From Blastocladiella emersonii ATCC 22665 (taxonomy: Eukaryota; Fungi; Blastocladiomycota), in the NCBI GenBank assembly GCA_025594325.1, contig JANHCV010000004.1, positions 2,418,001-2,482,000 of the forward strand: 64,000 nucleotides of DNA, read 5' to 3'. Shown one piece after another: positions 32,291-43,054 of this stretch (position 1 is its first letter; every line of letters begins with the position of its first letter). A program made the translations under genes and the position numbers. Under the pieces are notes generated by a model. That model saw only the letters and a program-made list of their open reading frames with translations, had not been told where the DNA came from and did not search any database.

Positions 32291-33994
32291 TCAGATCAGC
32301 GCCGCCACGGCCACGAACACGGCGTCGGGGGCGGGCGCAATCAGGGGCATCTCGACGCGGCCGAAGAACTCGACCGCCATGGCCACGTTCTTGGCGTACG
32401 ACCCCTTGACAGTCGACACCTCGGCCGTGCACAGCGTCGCCAGCACGGGCGCGACGAGCGGCACCATGCGGGGCGTGCAGTTGGCCGACGTCGCGGCCAT
32501 CATCTTGTTCTCCATGAGCATCTTGATGCCCTTGGTCTTGTCGCACACGTTGTTGAGCGCCAGGATGCGCTTCAGCGCGCGGCGCTCGTGCGGCGCCATC
32601 GTGAACGCCTTGTCGGCGCCGATGAACTCGAGCGCGAGGCTGATTGCGTTCAGCGTTGAGAAGTCCGAGTTCGACCGGAGGCAGTGCTAGTGACGCGCGC
32701 ACGTCGAGTGTTAGTGGGTGATCGCGGTCGACGACGAGATGAGGTGAGAGAAACGTACCTCGGCCACCCGGATCCATTTCTGGACGACCGCATCGTCCAG
32801 CGACGCGGCGCCCTTGACCGACAGCTTGACCAGGTTGTAGACCCCGGTGTGCACCGTGGTCTTGTTCTTCTCCTCGAGCACCTTGGCCACCGCGGACCCG
32901 AGCACCTTGGGGTCGGCCGACTCGACGCCGCGAGCGGCCGCGCGGACCTTGTCGACGGTCTTGACGAGCTCGGACGCGGCGAGCGCGGTCAGCGCCTTGG
33001 CGAGGTCGCGCGACGGGACCTCGAGCACGAGGCGGGCGGCCTCGGCGCCCGCCGACGCGTCGCCCTGGTCGAGACCGTCGGCGCGCGTGACGATGCCCGC
33101 GACCTTGTTGAAGGCGAAGCGAGCGGCGCGACGCAGCTTCGAGTCCTTGGGCGTCTTGAGCGGCTTGGCCTGCTTGCCAGCCGGGGTGATGGGGGTCGAG
33201 ATCTTGACAGCGGCGGTGTCGATCTCGAGGTGCAGCTGCTGCTCGGGGACCGTGAGCGGGACGACGGGGGTCTGTGGGATACGAGAGGAGGGTGTGTGAG
33301 CATGACTGAACATGAAGGAAAAGGAAGTCATCGAGTCGAGAGAACGTACCCCAGACAAGCTGAGCAGCGACGCCGAGGCGCGGAGGCACTTGAAGGGTGC
33401 CGCGAGCGCATCGACGACCTTGCCAGCGAACTTGTTGAAGATCGACAGGGGCTTGGAGGTCGAGGTGGCGGCCGCCGAGGGCGCGGGCACGAGGTGCTCC
33501 TGCGAGCCCGAGTCGGCGACGGCGAGGTCGGCCGCCAGGTGCTCGACCGCGTCCTCGTGAGAGTCAGCGGGAGCAAGGTCGGCGGCCGCGGGGGTGGTGG
33601 GGGTGGTCTCGGTCGTGGCGAGGGCCGACACCGAGTCGATCGAGGACGCCGAGATGAGCGACGCGGTCTCGGGCGCCGATACGAGCGGCGCGGCCTCGGG
33701 AGCCGATACGAGCGGCGCAGCCTCGATCGCCGACACGAGCGGCGCGATCTCGAGCGCGGGCACGAGCGGCGCGGCCTCGAGCGCGGGCACGAGCGGTGCG
33801 GGCTCGAGCTCGGACGTCTCGACGGCAATGATGCCCGTGGCCGGTTGGCCGACGGGGACGTACTGGATCTCTGGCATGCCCATGACGCGGTTCATCTCGA
33901 ACCAGTCGCGCATCTCGAGGACATGCCCGGAGAGGAAGAGGTGAGCGTCGCGGGTGAACCAGGTTGGAACGGGGTCTTGACCGTGGGCGGCCAT
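32291..33994 (-). CDS. 517-aa protein: unique N-terminus with 9-aa repeats and a degenerate RasGEF(CDC25)-like C-terminus; exons 33994-33350, 33271-32759, 32686-32291
   Basis: Two phase-0 GT..AG introns give an intact frame. VQKWIRVAEHCLRSNSDFSTLNAISLAL resembles the RasGEF SCR motif, and VPLVAPVLATL resembles the PCVPFLG.YL.DL region. Confidence 0.65.
33645..33806 (-). repeat. 27-bp coding tandem repeat, 6 units (E[AP]APLV[PS]A[LIP])
   Basis: EPAPLVPAL/EAAPLVPAL/EIAPLVSAI/EAAPLVSAP/EAAPLVSAP/ETASLISAS. Confidence 0.85.
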
Positions 33995-36479
33995 GGTGAA
34001 GACGTTGCGCGGTTGGTCGAACGACGACTACACAAGGAGGCCGAGAGATGGACATCATGAGTGGTTGCCGCTCGACTAATCAAGCACAAAACGCGTAGCG
34101 TAACCGTGGGGGAAGACGCGCGGTTAGTCGAAACGACGACTACACGGGGAGGTCGAGGGTCAGTCGCTGTGAGTCGGCGCCGCTCTTCGACTCGAGCGCG
34201 CAGCGCGTACCGTAACCGTGCGGGAGGGAGGCAGGAGCGAAGACGACGGACTGGCCTGGGGCGAGGCTGGTCGGTCGGGGGTGCTTGCAGGAAGCGCAGA
34301 AGTGGCGGTGCCGAGGGTGCTGGGCCGTAGAAGTCGAGCCGTGGACGAGCGTCAAGACGATGACGACGAGGTGGTTCGTCGGCGGCGAAGGCGAGCTTGA
34401 ACGGGAGCAGGTGGGCAGAGCCGGGTGCGCTGGATGCAGGCAAGTTGGGGTGTAACAACACTTGAAGCGTTGCGCCTGGAAATCCGTCGAGTCGATGCGG
34501 GTCGTGTTAACGAGGGTGCAAATGGCTGGCGGATGAGGAACATGGGAGAGCGGGGTTGGCGGGGTTGCGGGCAGTCATTTTGTACTGCGGGCAGTGTGTA
34601 GGGCTAGTGAGCGAGGTGAAGTCGAGGATTCGCGGTCGGTCACGACGACTGACTGACCGGCGAACGAGCGCGATGGTCAGCCGAGCGCCGCGCACCTGAC
34701 CTGGAATGACCCTCGCTTTCACGGCTCGGCCGAAGCGAAAGCGGGTGATGCAGGAGGCTGAGCCGAAAGCGTGATGTCTCGCACCTCGGCACCGCCACGC
34801 GACGCGTAGCTGTTGCAGCAGAGCGCGGTGATCGGCCACGCCGCGGGATCAGCGAGCCGAGATCGCTGGTGCCCGCGCACCGTCACGATAGAGCTTCCTC
34901 CAGCGGGTTAATCTTCATCTCAGCGGTGCTTCATGCCCGCATCTCTGACGAAGTCGGCGAGAGAGCAAAAGACCCGATGCGCGGGCCCGCGCACGCCGTC
35001 GATCGTGCGGCCACTGGTCGAGCTGAGCGCGGAAGCATGGTCACCGATGGATAAGCTGCTCTCTCGCGCTCTCTCGCGCTCTCTCGCAACAGATACGGTC
35101 ATAGGTCACCTGCAAGGCTTCCCCGTCGAGCGGCAGCTTGGCGGCGGGGAAGCGTGCACGAGCGCGAGTGTATGAGCGAGGGAGCGAGCGGGGGAGGGTC
35201 CAAGACCCATCGTGGGGCAATCGTGAGGATAGTCTCGGCAAGGGAAGGAGCAGGCGCGGCCGTGTGTAGCAGGAGAGGCAATGCGGTACCATAAGGTACG
35301 AGAGAGGAGGGGTGACCCGGCGCGGGGTACGAGTGAGGCGGTGGAGGGAGGGAAGCGCGCGACGAGGGCCTCGAGAACACCGATCCGTCATAGTTTCAGC
35401 AAGTGTTGACGAGGAAGATACATGGGAGCGCGCGGATCGGGTCAGTGCGTGTGTCGAGGGAAGCGGGAAGAGCGCGTCGGTCATACCGCGTGATGTGGCG
35501 CCGCCGCCGACCCCACGCTGCCCGGGCAACGCGTGCGTGCGCCGACGCGTGGGAGCCCACGTCAGGGGAACCGACCGCCCCCGTGGCGCAGCCGCCCTTG
35601 ACCGCCGTCCCCACCACCAGCAACGACTCACGGTACACAGAGCGCGAGCGGTAAGCGCGGTGTCCCGCGGGAGAAGACCGATCGCGCGACGCACCCCGTC
35701 CAGCCTTAAGCGCAAGACGACGCGCTGTCCGACTTATCGCATCCAGTACTAATTTCGGTAGAGACGGGTTTCGAGAGCTCAGGTCAGTCGAGGCGGGCGA
35801 CGCGGCGAGCGGTAGTAGCCGTGAGGGTAGTGACGCGCGGGCCGCGCGGCCGGGGCGCAAGGTGACCGACCTCGCTGCACAGACCGCCCTTCATCGTCTC
35901 ACTGCACATCGGACTCTCTCGCGTGTCAATCGAGGCTGCCGAGGCGGCCGAAACGGCGAGCGCCGGTAGCAGTGAGGGCGGGGACGCGCGCGGCCAGCAT
36001 GGTCGCCTCACGCCCATCACCGACCTCGAGCCCGCCCTCCTGCGCCTTCTTACACATCGAGATCGCATGCGCATGACGTTGCCGCACCTCGCCCATGCCG
36101 CGCGCGAGTGTCGCGACCGTTACGAGCGATCCAGCTGGCGTGGGAAGAGCTGTGATCGCGAAACTGATCATGTCGGGCTGCACGACGTTGCGGCGGTGCC
36201 CCGGGCGTCAGGGCCTCGGCGGGGTCGCGGGCAGTTGATTGCATGAAGCTACGAGTACGATTCATTTGAGTGGTGGAGTTGCGTTGGTGTAGGTGGAGAG
36301 CGGGGATGGGTTCCGTGCCACCTCGCCGACTTAGCCAACGCGTCGCGGTGGCCGCTCGCCAATCTTGCAGGCCTCCCCCTTCGACGCCGCGACCAAGGGA
36401 CCTGCAGAAAATTTCTCTTAAGATGCTTACATTGCTACGAAGCCCAAAAACCGGACCCTAGCCTCCGATCTCACACCCA

Positions 36480-37019
36480 TCTCGCTCAGCTCCACATCGC
36501 CTCGCGCATGCGCGACCTTCGCTCTTGGCGAGCAGGCACTGCGCGACTCGCTGGTTGGCGTCGGGCAGCACGTCGAGGAGTACCGCGACCGCGGCGACCA
36601 CATCGCCCGCGCGGCCAACCTCGAGACGCGCGCCGTACGTGTTCATGGGATGGGTACGAGCGGGTCCGCGGGCTCGCGCGGCCAGTGCTTGAGCAGGCAC
36701 GCGGGCACGCTCGGTACGCGGTCCCCGCGGCGTCGTACCGGTTGCGGTCTATGCGCTCGTGAAGCTCCGTGACGGTGTCGGCGTCGATGGGCACGCGGAA
36801 GATGCCCTCAGCGGCGAGGCCGCCGAGCTCCAGCACCGCCTGGCGCAGGGACATAAGGGTGCGCGGGTACTCGAGTCGCTGGCGGCGCATGGTCTCGTCG
36901 AGCGTGTCGCCGAACACGGACGGCGAGTAGGGCGCTTCAATCATGAGCTCAAGCTCGGGGAGCGACAGCGGGGTGCCGTGCGGCCCGCGGCTGTGGGCCT
37001 CACGCAGCCTCGCGAACAT
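36480..37019 (-). pseudogene. Frameshifted RhoGAP fragment (ARHGAP39/MyTH4-RhoGAP-like)
   Basis: Frame 1: EAPYSPSVFGDTLDETM..LGGLAAEGIFRVP. Frame 2: VPACLLKHWPREPADPLVP*. Frame 3: VAVLLDVLPDANQRVAQCLL. Confidence 0.75.
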
Positions 37020-37104
37020 GGCAGTGCGCCGCTCTCTCGAAACACTGCGCCGAAGCAACAATCGCGTTGTATCACGTACGGAATAGGGCCACATGGACCC
37101 CGCA

Positions 37105-37836
37105 CTAGTAGTTTCTGCGCCAGAACCCGCGCCCCTCGCCGTCCTCGTCGCTGCCGTACCCGTCCGAGCCGTAATCCGGCCCCGAATAGTCGCCGCCTCC
37201 GCCGTACACGTCGGCGAGGATCTCCGAGTCAGAGGCGTCGCCGTAGCACGACCGCGGCCCGTGCTTCTCGTACTTGCCCTCGTCGAGGTCGCGGTCGAGG
37301 CACCACTCGAGCGCCTTGCGCGACCGCGAGTTGATGATGACGAACGGGTCGAGGTCAAAGCAGCCCGAGTCGTACCACCACTGGAGCACATCGACGTGGC
37401 CGCTGTGCAACGCGTTGGACTGCGCCGTGTCGTGGTCGAGGTCGAGCTTCGCGTCGCGCCACCAGCTGAGCAGCGCGAGGTTGCGCTTTGCGCTCGCGGC
37501 GTCGAGCGCCTTGTGCGAGTACTTGAGCTTTAGGCCCGAGCCGCGCCACCACGTCAGCAGCGGGATGTCCCCGTTCGCCGCGGCCCCGTCCATGGCGGCC
37601 GTAGTGTACTTGAGCGGGAGGCCAGACTGCTTCCACCACTCAAGCCCTGCCACGCGGCCGCGGGCCGACAGCTTGTCCATGGAGCACCATGTCAGCTTCG
37701 GGATGACCGCGCAGCGGAGCGGCTCTGACGGCGGAAGGACAGCCAGGTACGCGAGCAGCTGGTGCGGTTTCCGATGCTCCATCTCGACCGCGGCGAGAAG
37801 AATCCTCCCGATAATCTCCTTTGACAAGCGTTTCAT
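37105..37836 (-). CDS. Ankyrin-like repeat protein of the 'AMD.A...G....L.WW..SGL.L.Y' type, with an acidic Gly/Tyr tail
   Basis: About four ~29-aa repeats: LEWWKQSGLPLKYTTAAMDGAAANG, LTWWRGSGLKLKYSHKALDAAS, LSWWRDAKL and GHVDVLQWWYDSG. Confidence 0.8.
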   Translation of the reverse strand: MKRLSKEIIGRILLAAVEMEHRKPHQLLAYLAVLPPSEPLRCAVIPKLTWCSMDKLSARGRVAGLEWWKQSGLPLKYTTAAMDGAAANGDIPLLTWWRGSGLKLKYSHKALDAASAKRNLALLSWWRDAKLDLDHDTAQSNALHSGHVDVLQWWYDSGCFDLDPFVIINSRSRKALEWCLDRDLDEGKYEKHGPRSCYGDASDSEILADVYGGGGDYSGPDYGSDGYGSDEDGEGRGFWRRNY

Positions 37837-38032
37837 TGGTTTTCAGAGTCGTGAGTGTGAGGCCTTTGGGGAGCGAGGGTCGCTCGCGGTCGCGCTTCAG
37901 CCGTTCGTGCCGGCGCTGGAGGGTCGAGCAGCCGGTCCCTGTGTTGATGTTCCCCGCCCCTCTGTAGACAAGGCCGCTCGCAACGGCTCCCCATGTAACC
38001 CAACTTGCTGCACTTAATCCATCCAGCCCGCC

Positions 38033-39265
38033 ATGACCTCCGTGATCCGTGCGACGTCGGCGAACGCGCTGATGCTAGGCGGCTCGGCTGCCATCCACAC
38101 GGTCCAGCTGCTGGCCCTCCCGCTTGCCGCCGTCAGCAACCGTCTGTTCACGCGGACCATCGACGCCACGCAGGTCGCCTTTGCCGAGCTGCTCCTCCTG
38201 GTCCACGTTGCATGCACTCCGGCTGCGAGCATCGAGGTGACGGCCGACGCGGGCGTCTTCACCGAGGCACAGTGGGCGGCGCTCGCCGGCGAGTCTCCGT
38301 CGGCTGCCGACGCGGATGCGCTGATTGCGGACCTCGGCGCGCGCGCCGTCCTGCTGTCCAACCACCAGACGCTGTTCGACTGGATGTTCCTGTGGTTCGT
38401 GGCGTACCGCGTCGACCGGGCGGCCGCGCTCAAGATCATCCTCAAGGAGTCGCCCAAGTACATTCCGATTCTCGGGCCCGGCATGATGTTCTTCAAGTTC
38501 ATCTTCCTCAAGCGCGACTGGTCGCGGGACCAGCACGCGCTGCACGCAGCGATGCGGCGGCTGCGCGGCGAGCCCGCGGCCGACCCCAAGTGGCTGCTCG
38601 TGTTCCCCGAGGGCACGATTCTCACCGAGAACACGCTCGGCAAGACACGCACGTTCGCCGCCGCCGCGGGTCTCCCCGCGCCCGCGGCGACGCTCGTCCC
38701 GCGGACCACGGGGATCCACGCCATCATGCGCGACCTGCTCACGGCCGATAACGAGTTGCCGGGCAAGCCGTTCGACCGCGTGCTCGACGTGACGCTCGGG
38801 TACACGCCGGCGCCCGGCGGCAAGCTGCCCGGCAACGCGTACCACCCGATCGACATTTACGTCCGCGGCAACGCGCCCAAGACCGTCTACTTCCACTTCT
38901 CGGCCGCCAACGACTTTCCCGCGTTCCCTTCCTCGTCGGTTGACCCGGCGGTCGCGGCCGCGCACCGTGCCTCCTTCGACGCGTGGGTGCTCGCCCGGTT
39001 CGCGGCCAAGGAGCAGCGCGTGCTGCGCCTGTGGGAGACGGGCAAGTGGATCAGCGGCGATGCCAAGGACGGCGCTGCCGCCGCCAAGGAGGGGGAGCGC
39101 CGCGTCACGATCCCCATCAGCTTCAACGCGGGCTCGCGCCTCCTCCTCCCGTGGAACCTGCTCGGGTGTGTCACGGTCGCCGGCGCCGCTTGGACCGGTA
39201 TCTACTTTGCCGACTGGGCCGGGATCGCGGCCACCATCTCCCAGACCGCGAGCAGTTTGTGGTGA
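38033..39265 (+). CDS. Lysophospholipid acyltransferase (LCLAT1/Cst26-like PlsC family)
   Basis: Motifs SNHQTLFDW, LKESPKYIPILG.GM..F.FIFLKRDW, VFPEGT, LVPRTTG and DVTLGY. Confidence 0.93.
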   Translation: MTSVIRATSANALMLGGSAAIHTVQLLALPLAAVSNRLFTRTIDATQVAFAELLLLVHVACTPAASIEVTADAGVFTEAQWAALAGESPSAADADALIADLGARAVLLSNHQTLFDWMFLWFVAYRVDRAAALKIILKESPKYIPILGPGMMFFKFIFLKRDWSRDQHALHAAMRRLRGEPAADPKWLLVFPEGTILTENTLGKTRTFAAAAGLPAPAATLVPRTTGIHAIMRDLLTADNELPGKPFDRVLDVTLGYTPAPGGKLPGNAYHPIDIYVRGNAPKTVYFHFSAANDFPAFPSSSVDPAVAAAHRASFDAWVLARFAAKEQRVLRLWETGKWISGDAKDGAAAAKEGERRVTIPISFNAGSRLLLPWNLLGCVTVAGAAWTGIYFADWAGIAATISQTASSLW

Positions 39266-39317
39266 GCTCGTTTTGATAGAACCTAGATGACTAAAAATGT
39301 ATCCGACCCTTCCTTCC

Positions 39318-41537
39318 TCACTGCACACTCTCCTGGACGACGAGGACGAAGGGAACAACGTCAGTTCATTGCGAGACGATGAAAATGTACACGCGAGGGC
39401 AGCGTACATCAACGGAAGCGGTCGGTGCGGGTGCTGAGTCGCTTGGCCGTGCTGGGACCGGAGCGACTGGGTCCGTGGTTGGCGCGGGATCGGCAACCGC
39501 TGTTTCGGACGCGGCTGCGGATGGCTCGAGCTCCTTGACGAGCGGTGGCGCTGGCGGTTGCTCGGGCGCGATGGCCTGCTCGGGCGCGGCGGCCTGCTCG
39601 GTAACGGGCTCCGCCGGCCCCGCCGTCGCCACCGTGGCAGGCGACGTCTGCATCGCGGCCTCGACCGCATCGAGCGGTATCCGGCGCAGCGCCGTGTTGA
39701 TGTAGCTGACGGTGCTCTGCGTGCTGCCGAGCTCCCACTCGACGAGCTGGTGGAGGTTGGTGCGCAGCGAGGTTAGGCGGACGGCAAAGTCGATCTCGCT
39801 GGCCTCGGCCTCGTCGAGCCCGGACCGGATCTCGCCGACGAGCGACATGGTGTCCTTGAGCAGCATGTCCATGGACAGGACCAGCGAGTCGGTGCGGTTG
39901 TGCCAGTCGTCGGACACGACGCGGTCGCGCGGCATGGCCGCGGTGCTGCTGACGAGTCTCGCGGACGGCGCAGCCGACGACGTCGACGCCGCGCTGCTGC
40001 TGCTCCCGCCCGCGTGCAGTGGGTGGTACATGTCGACGGTCGCGTCGAGCGGGTTCTCAAACTGCGTCGACGAGGAAGTGGACGGGCGCCGCGACCGCGA
40101 CAGCGAGCCCGCGATCGAGTCGGCCGTCGACCCGCCAAGGTTCGACGACACCGAGTTGGCCATGGCGGCGGCCGTCGTGACGTTGGTGCGGATTGACTGG
40201 ACGACTGTGGACGTCATGGCCTTGAGCTTCTGCGTGCCGCGCTCGGGCGTAGCGGCCGGCGCCGCGGCCGACTTGAGGTAGTATCGGACAAAGTCGCGCG
40301 CCGGGGACGCTGAGCGGCTGCGCTCCCCGCCGCCGCTGCTGCTCCCGGTGCGGTGCTGCGCAACGGGCGGCGTGATCGAGGCGGCGACAAAGTTCGAGTA
40401 TGGGACCGTGTACATGCCCGAGGCGACCGTCGACATGCTGGCGATGCTCGAGGACGACGACGACGTGGACATGGTCTGGTGCGACTGGCGCCGGCCGCGG
40501 TGCAGCGACGCGGCCTCGCTGCCGCCGCTGGCGCCATCGGCCATGGACCGCAGCGAGCCCGACATGCGCGACGTCGACTGCGACCGCGGGACGTGATACG
40601 CGTGGCGCGACGGCAGCTCGGACGGCGGGTTGTCGTACGGGTACCCGGTGCTCGAGTTGAGCGAAGTGCCCGGGTCGGCTGGTTGCTGCGGCTGCTGCTG
40701 GTAGTGGCGCTCGTTGACGAGCCGCGGCGAAGCCGAAGCCGGCCGCTGCTGCTGCGCCGACGAACCCGACGAGGCGGCGATGCCCGAGTCCATGGCCGGG
40801 TCCTCCTCGGAGATGGACGAGGCCATGTGCGCCGACCCGTGGTCGCTCCCGCGCGAGCTCGGGCGGTACGCGATCGGGTGGTGGTACGGCCAGCTCATCT
40901 CGCCGGGCGACGGCGCGGGCTGCGACGACGGGGAGAGCGGGTGGTCCGCGTGCGACGCAATGACCTGGAGGTGCGACTGCGGGTGAGCCGCTTGCGATAG
41001 CGAGGCGGCAGAGCCACGTTCAAGCGAGGAACGGCGGTCGCTGACCTGCGCGGCCGAGGTGATCAGGCGCGGGGCATCGGAGGACGGCGTTTCCTTGGCG
41101 GCCCACGCTTGGCGCGGGACCGAGGCCGAGTATACGGCAGCGGCGTGGTCCGCGGTGGCGGTTGTCGGCATCCCCGTCGTCGTGTACGACGCGAACGGCG
41201 AGCCCGTCGAGACGAGAGTCGAGCGGGTGAGGTCCACGGCCGGTGCTCCCGCGGACTGCTGGCGGCGCACGGCCGATCGCACGTTCGGCGAGATGGGGAC
41301 GGCGATGGAGCGGGCGTTGGGGTTGCCGCCGAACAGCTCGTCGAGGACGGGCCGCGCGCTGGAGACGAGCGACGAGGCGATTTCGCGGCCGACGACCATG
41401 CGTTCGCCGCCGCCGCGCCGCTTGTCCTCGTAGCCGGTGAGCGGCGGCGGCGTGGCCGAGTCCATGATGGCGGACTGGATCTCGGCGGCGGAGAGCACCT
41501 CGAACGAATCGGCCGAGTGCAGGGGTCTTGATGACAT
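39318..41537 (-). CDS. Hypothetical Ser/Pro-rich disordered protein with a C-terminal helical/coiled-coil segment; probable last intron 39407-39333
   Basis: ATG at 41537 (MSSRPLHSADSFEVLS..), typical codon usage and a helical block DWHNRTDSLVLSMDMLLKDTMSLVGEIRSGL. A donor GTACGC after ..SVD allows a short terminal exon ESVQ*. Confidence 0.7.
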
Positions 41538-41939
41538 GGGTGGTGTGTGATGTCTGCTGGCAGTAAGGCCCAGCGCGGTACCCGATGCGCAGAGATGCCA
41601 GGGACGGGCGAGGAGGGCCGCGGGCCGCCCGATGCCAATGAGCGAGCGGAAATCCTCGCGCGATACATGGGGCCGCGCGGGAGGCAGATAAAGCGGGCAC
41701 GTTCGTGAGGTGGGAGAGGTTCTGCGTTTTGCGGGCGCTCGCCGACCGACGCGAGGGCGCGGGACGCGTCGCGAAAGCACGTGGGAAGCAGCTGACGGCC
41801 GGTCGCGCTCTTCGTTCCTCGCGCCGCTGTGTCGCCGTCGCCGGCGACCCTTCGCATGCTTGGCTTCCCGCGCGGCAGTGCCCCTCAACCAATGCGAAGC
41901 CCGCACTTGATGCATCTCTGAACGAACGGACGCAGCACC

Positions 41940-42974
41940 ATGGATGACCTCGACATTTACGGCGACGAGTACCTCTACGAGCCCTCCGTACGTGGTACTC
42001 GCGCGATCCGGCCTCCAGCCCCGCCGCTCACCCACCCCTCGCCCAACGTCTAGGCCGAGATCCAGATCGTACCTGATGGCGTTGCACAGACGCCGCTCGA
42101 TGCTCCCGCGGGCACCGCGCCCGCCCCGGTCGTGACTGGGTTCGGCGGCGTTGCGGCGCCCGTCAAGCGCACCGCCGAGTCCGGCCCGCGCTCCGCTACC
42201 GCGTCGGGACCAGCGCCGCCCGAAGTCCGCGCACCCGCGCGCCGCGCCGCCAACGCGGACGACGACATTCTCGCCGGGTACGGCGAGGTGCAGCCGGAGC
42301 CCATGGACGTGGAGCCTGTGCCTGCGCCCGCCGCGCCGCGTGCCGCTGCTGCGCCCCGCGACCCGAGTCAGCCGCAGTACGACTCGCACGTGCAGCCGAA
42401 CCCACACGCGCAGCAGCAGGTGTTCGAGATCGAGCCGCACGCCACGTCGGCGCTGCTGATCGACGACCTGAGCTGGTGGACGTCGGACCGCGACATTGCG
42501 CAGATCGCGGCGCTCGTGACGCAGGACCCGACGTGCGTGCGCGACGTGGTGTTCAGCGAGCACAAGATCAACGGCAAGTCGCGCGGGTCCGCCTGGGTCA
42601 CTCTCACGTCCGTCGAGAACGCGGCTAAGACCAAGTTCCAGTTCGAGTCGATCGAGATCGACGGCCGCATCCCGACCGTCCGGTACACCGACCCCGTCAA
42701 CAACCCGTTCCGCGTCCTGCCCAAGGACGCGTACGGCCGCCCGCCGTTTGGCGGCAACGGCGCGCCCGGCGGGTACCAGCGGCCCATGGGCGGACCCGGT
42801 CTGCCACCAGCACCGCACCGCGGCGGGGTCGGTGGCGGCGGGCCCGGCGGCTTCCAGAACCGTGGGTACCAGCAACAGCCCCCGCACGGCGGCAACTACG
42901 GCGGCGGCCGGCCACCCATGCACGGCGGGCCTGGCGGCTACCACCAGCGGCCGCCGCAGGGCGGGTACTACTGA
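41940..42974 (+). CDS. RRM protein, cleavage factor Im large subunit (CPSF6/CFIm68)-like; intron 41988-42053
   Basis: N-terminal MDDLDIYGD, RRM motif LLIDDLSWWTSD..VRDVVFSEHKINGKSRGSAWV, and a G/P/Y/R-rich tail. Confidence 0.85.
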
Positions 42975-43054
42975 TACCTTTCGGCTCAGGTCTCGATTTT
43001 GGCATATGACGTAATATCAAAACTGTATACTCCACACGCTCTCTTCCCTCCAAT

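Noticed and set aside
34060-36400. Short ORFs in all frames, plus a (CTCTCTCGCG)x3 micro-repeat at about 35059-35088
   Set aside because: No consistent codon bias, splice structure or recognisable domain; treated as degenerate non-coding DNA within the accessory island.
39366-42944. 1,192-aa minus-strand ORF
   Set aside because: Its 5' ~470 codons are antisense to the CFIm68-like gene and cross the promoter region. The plausible start is the ATG at 41537.
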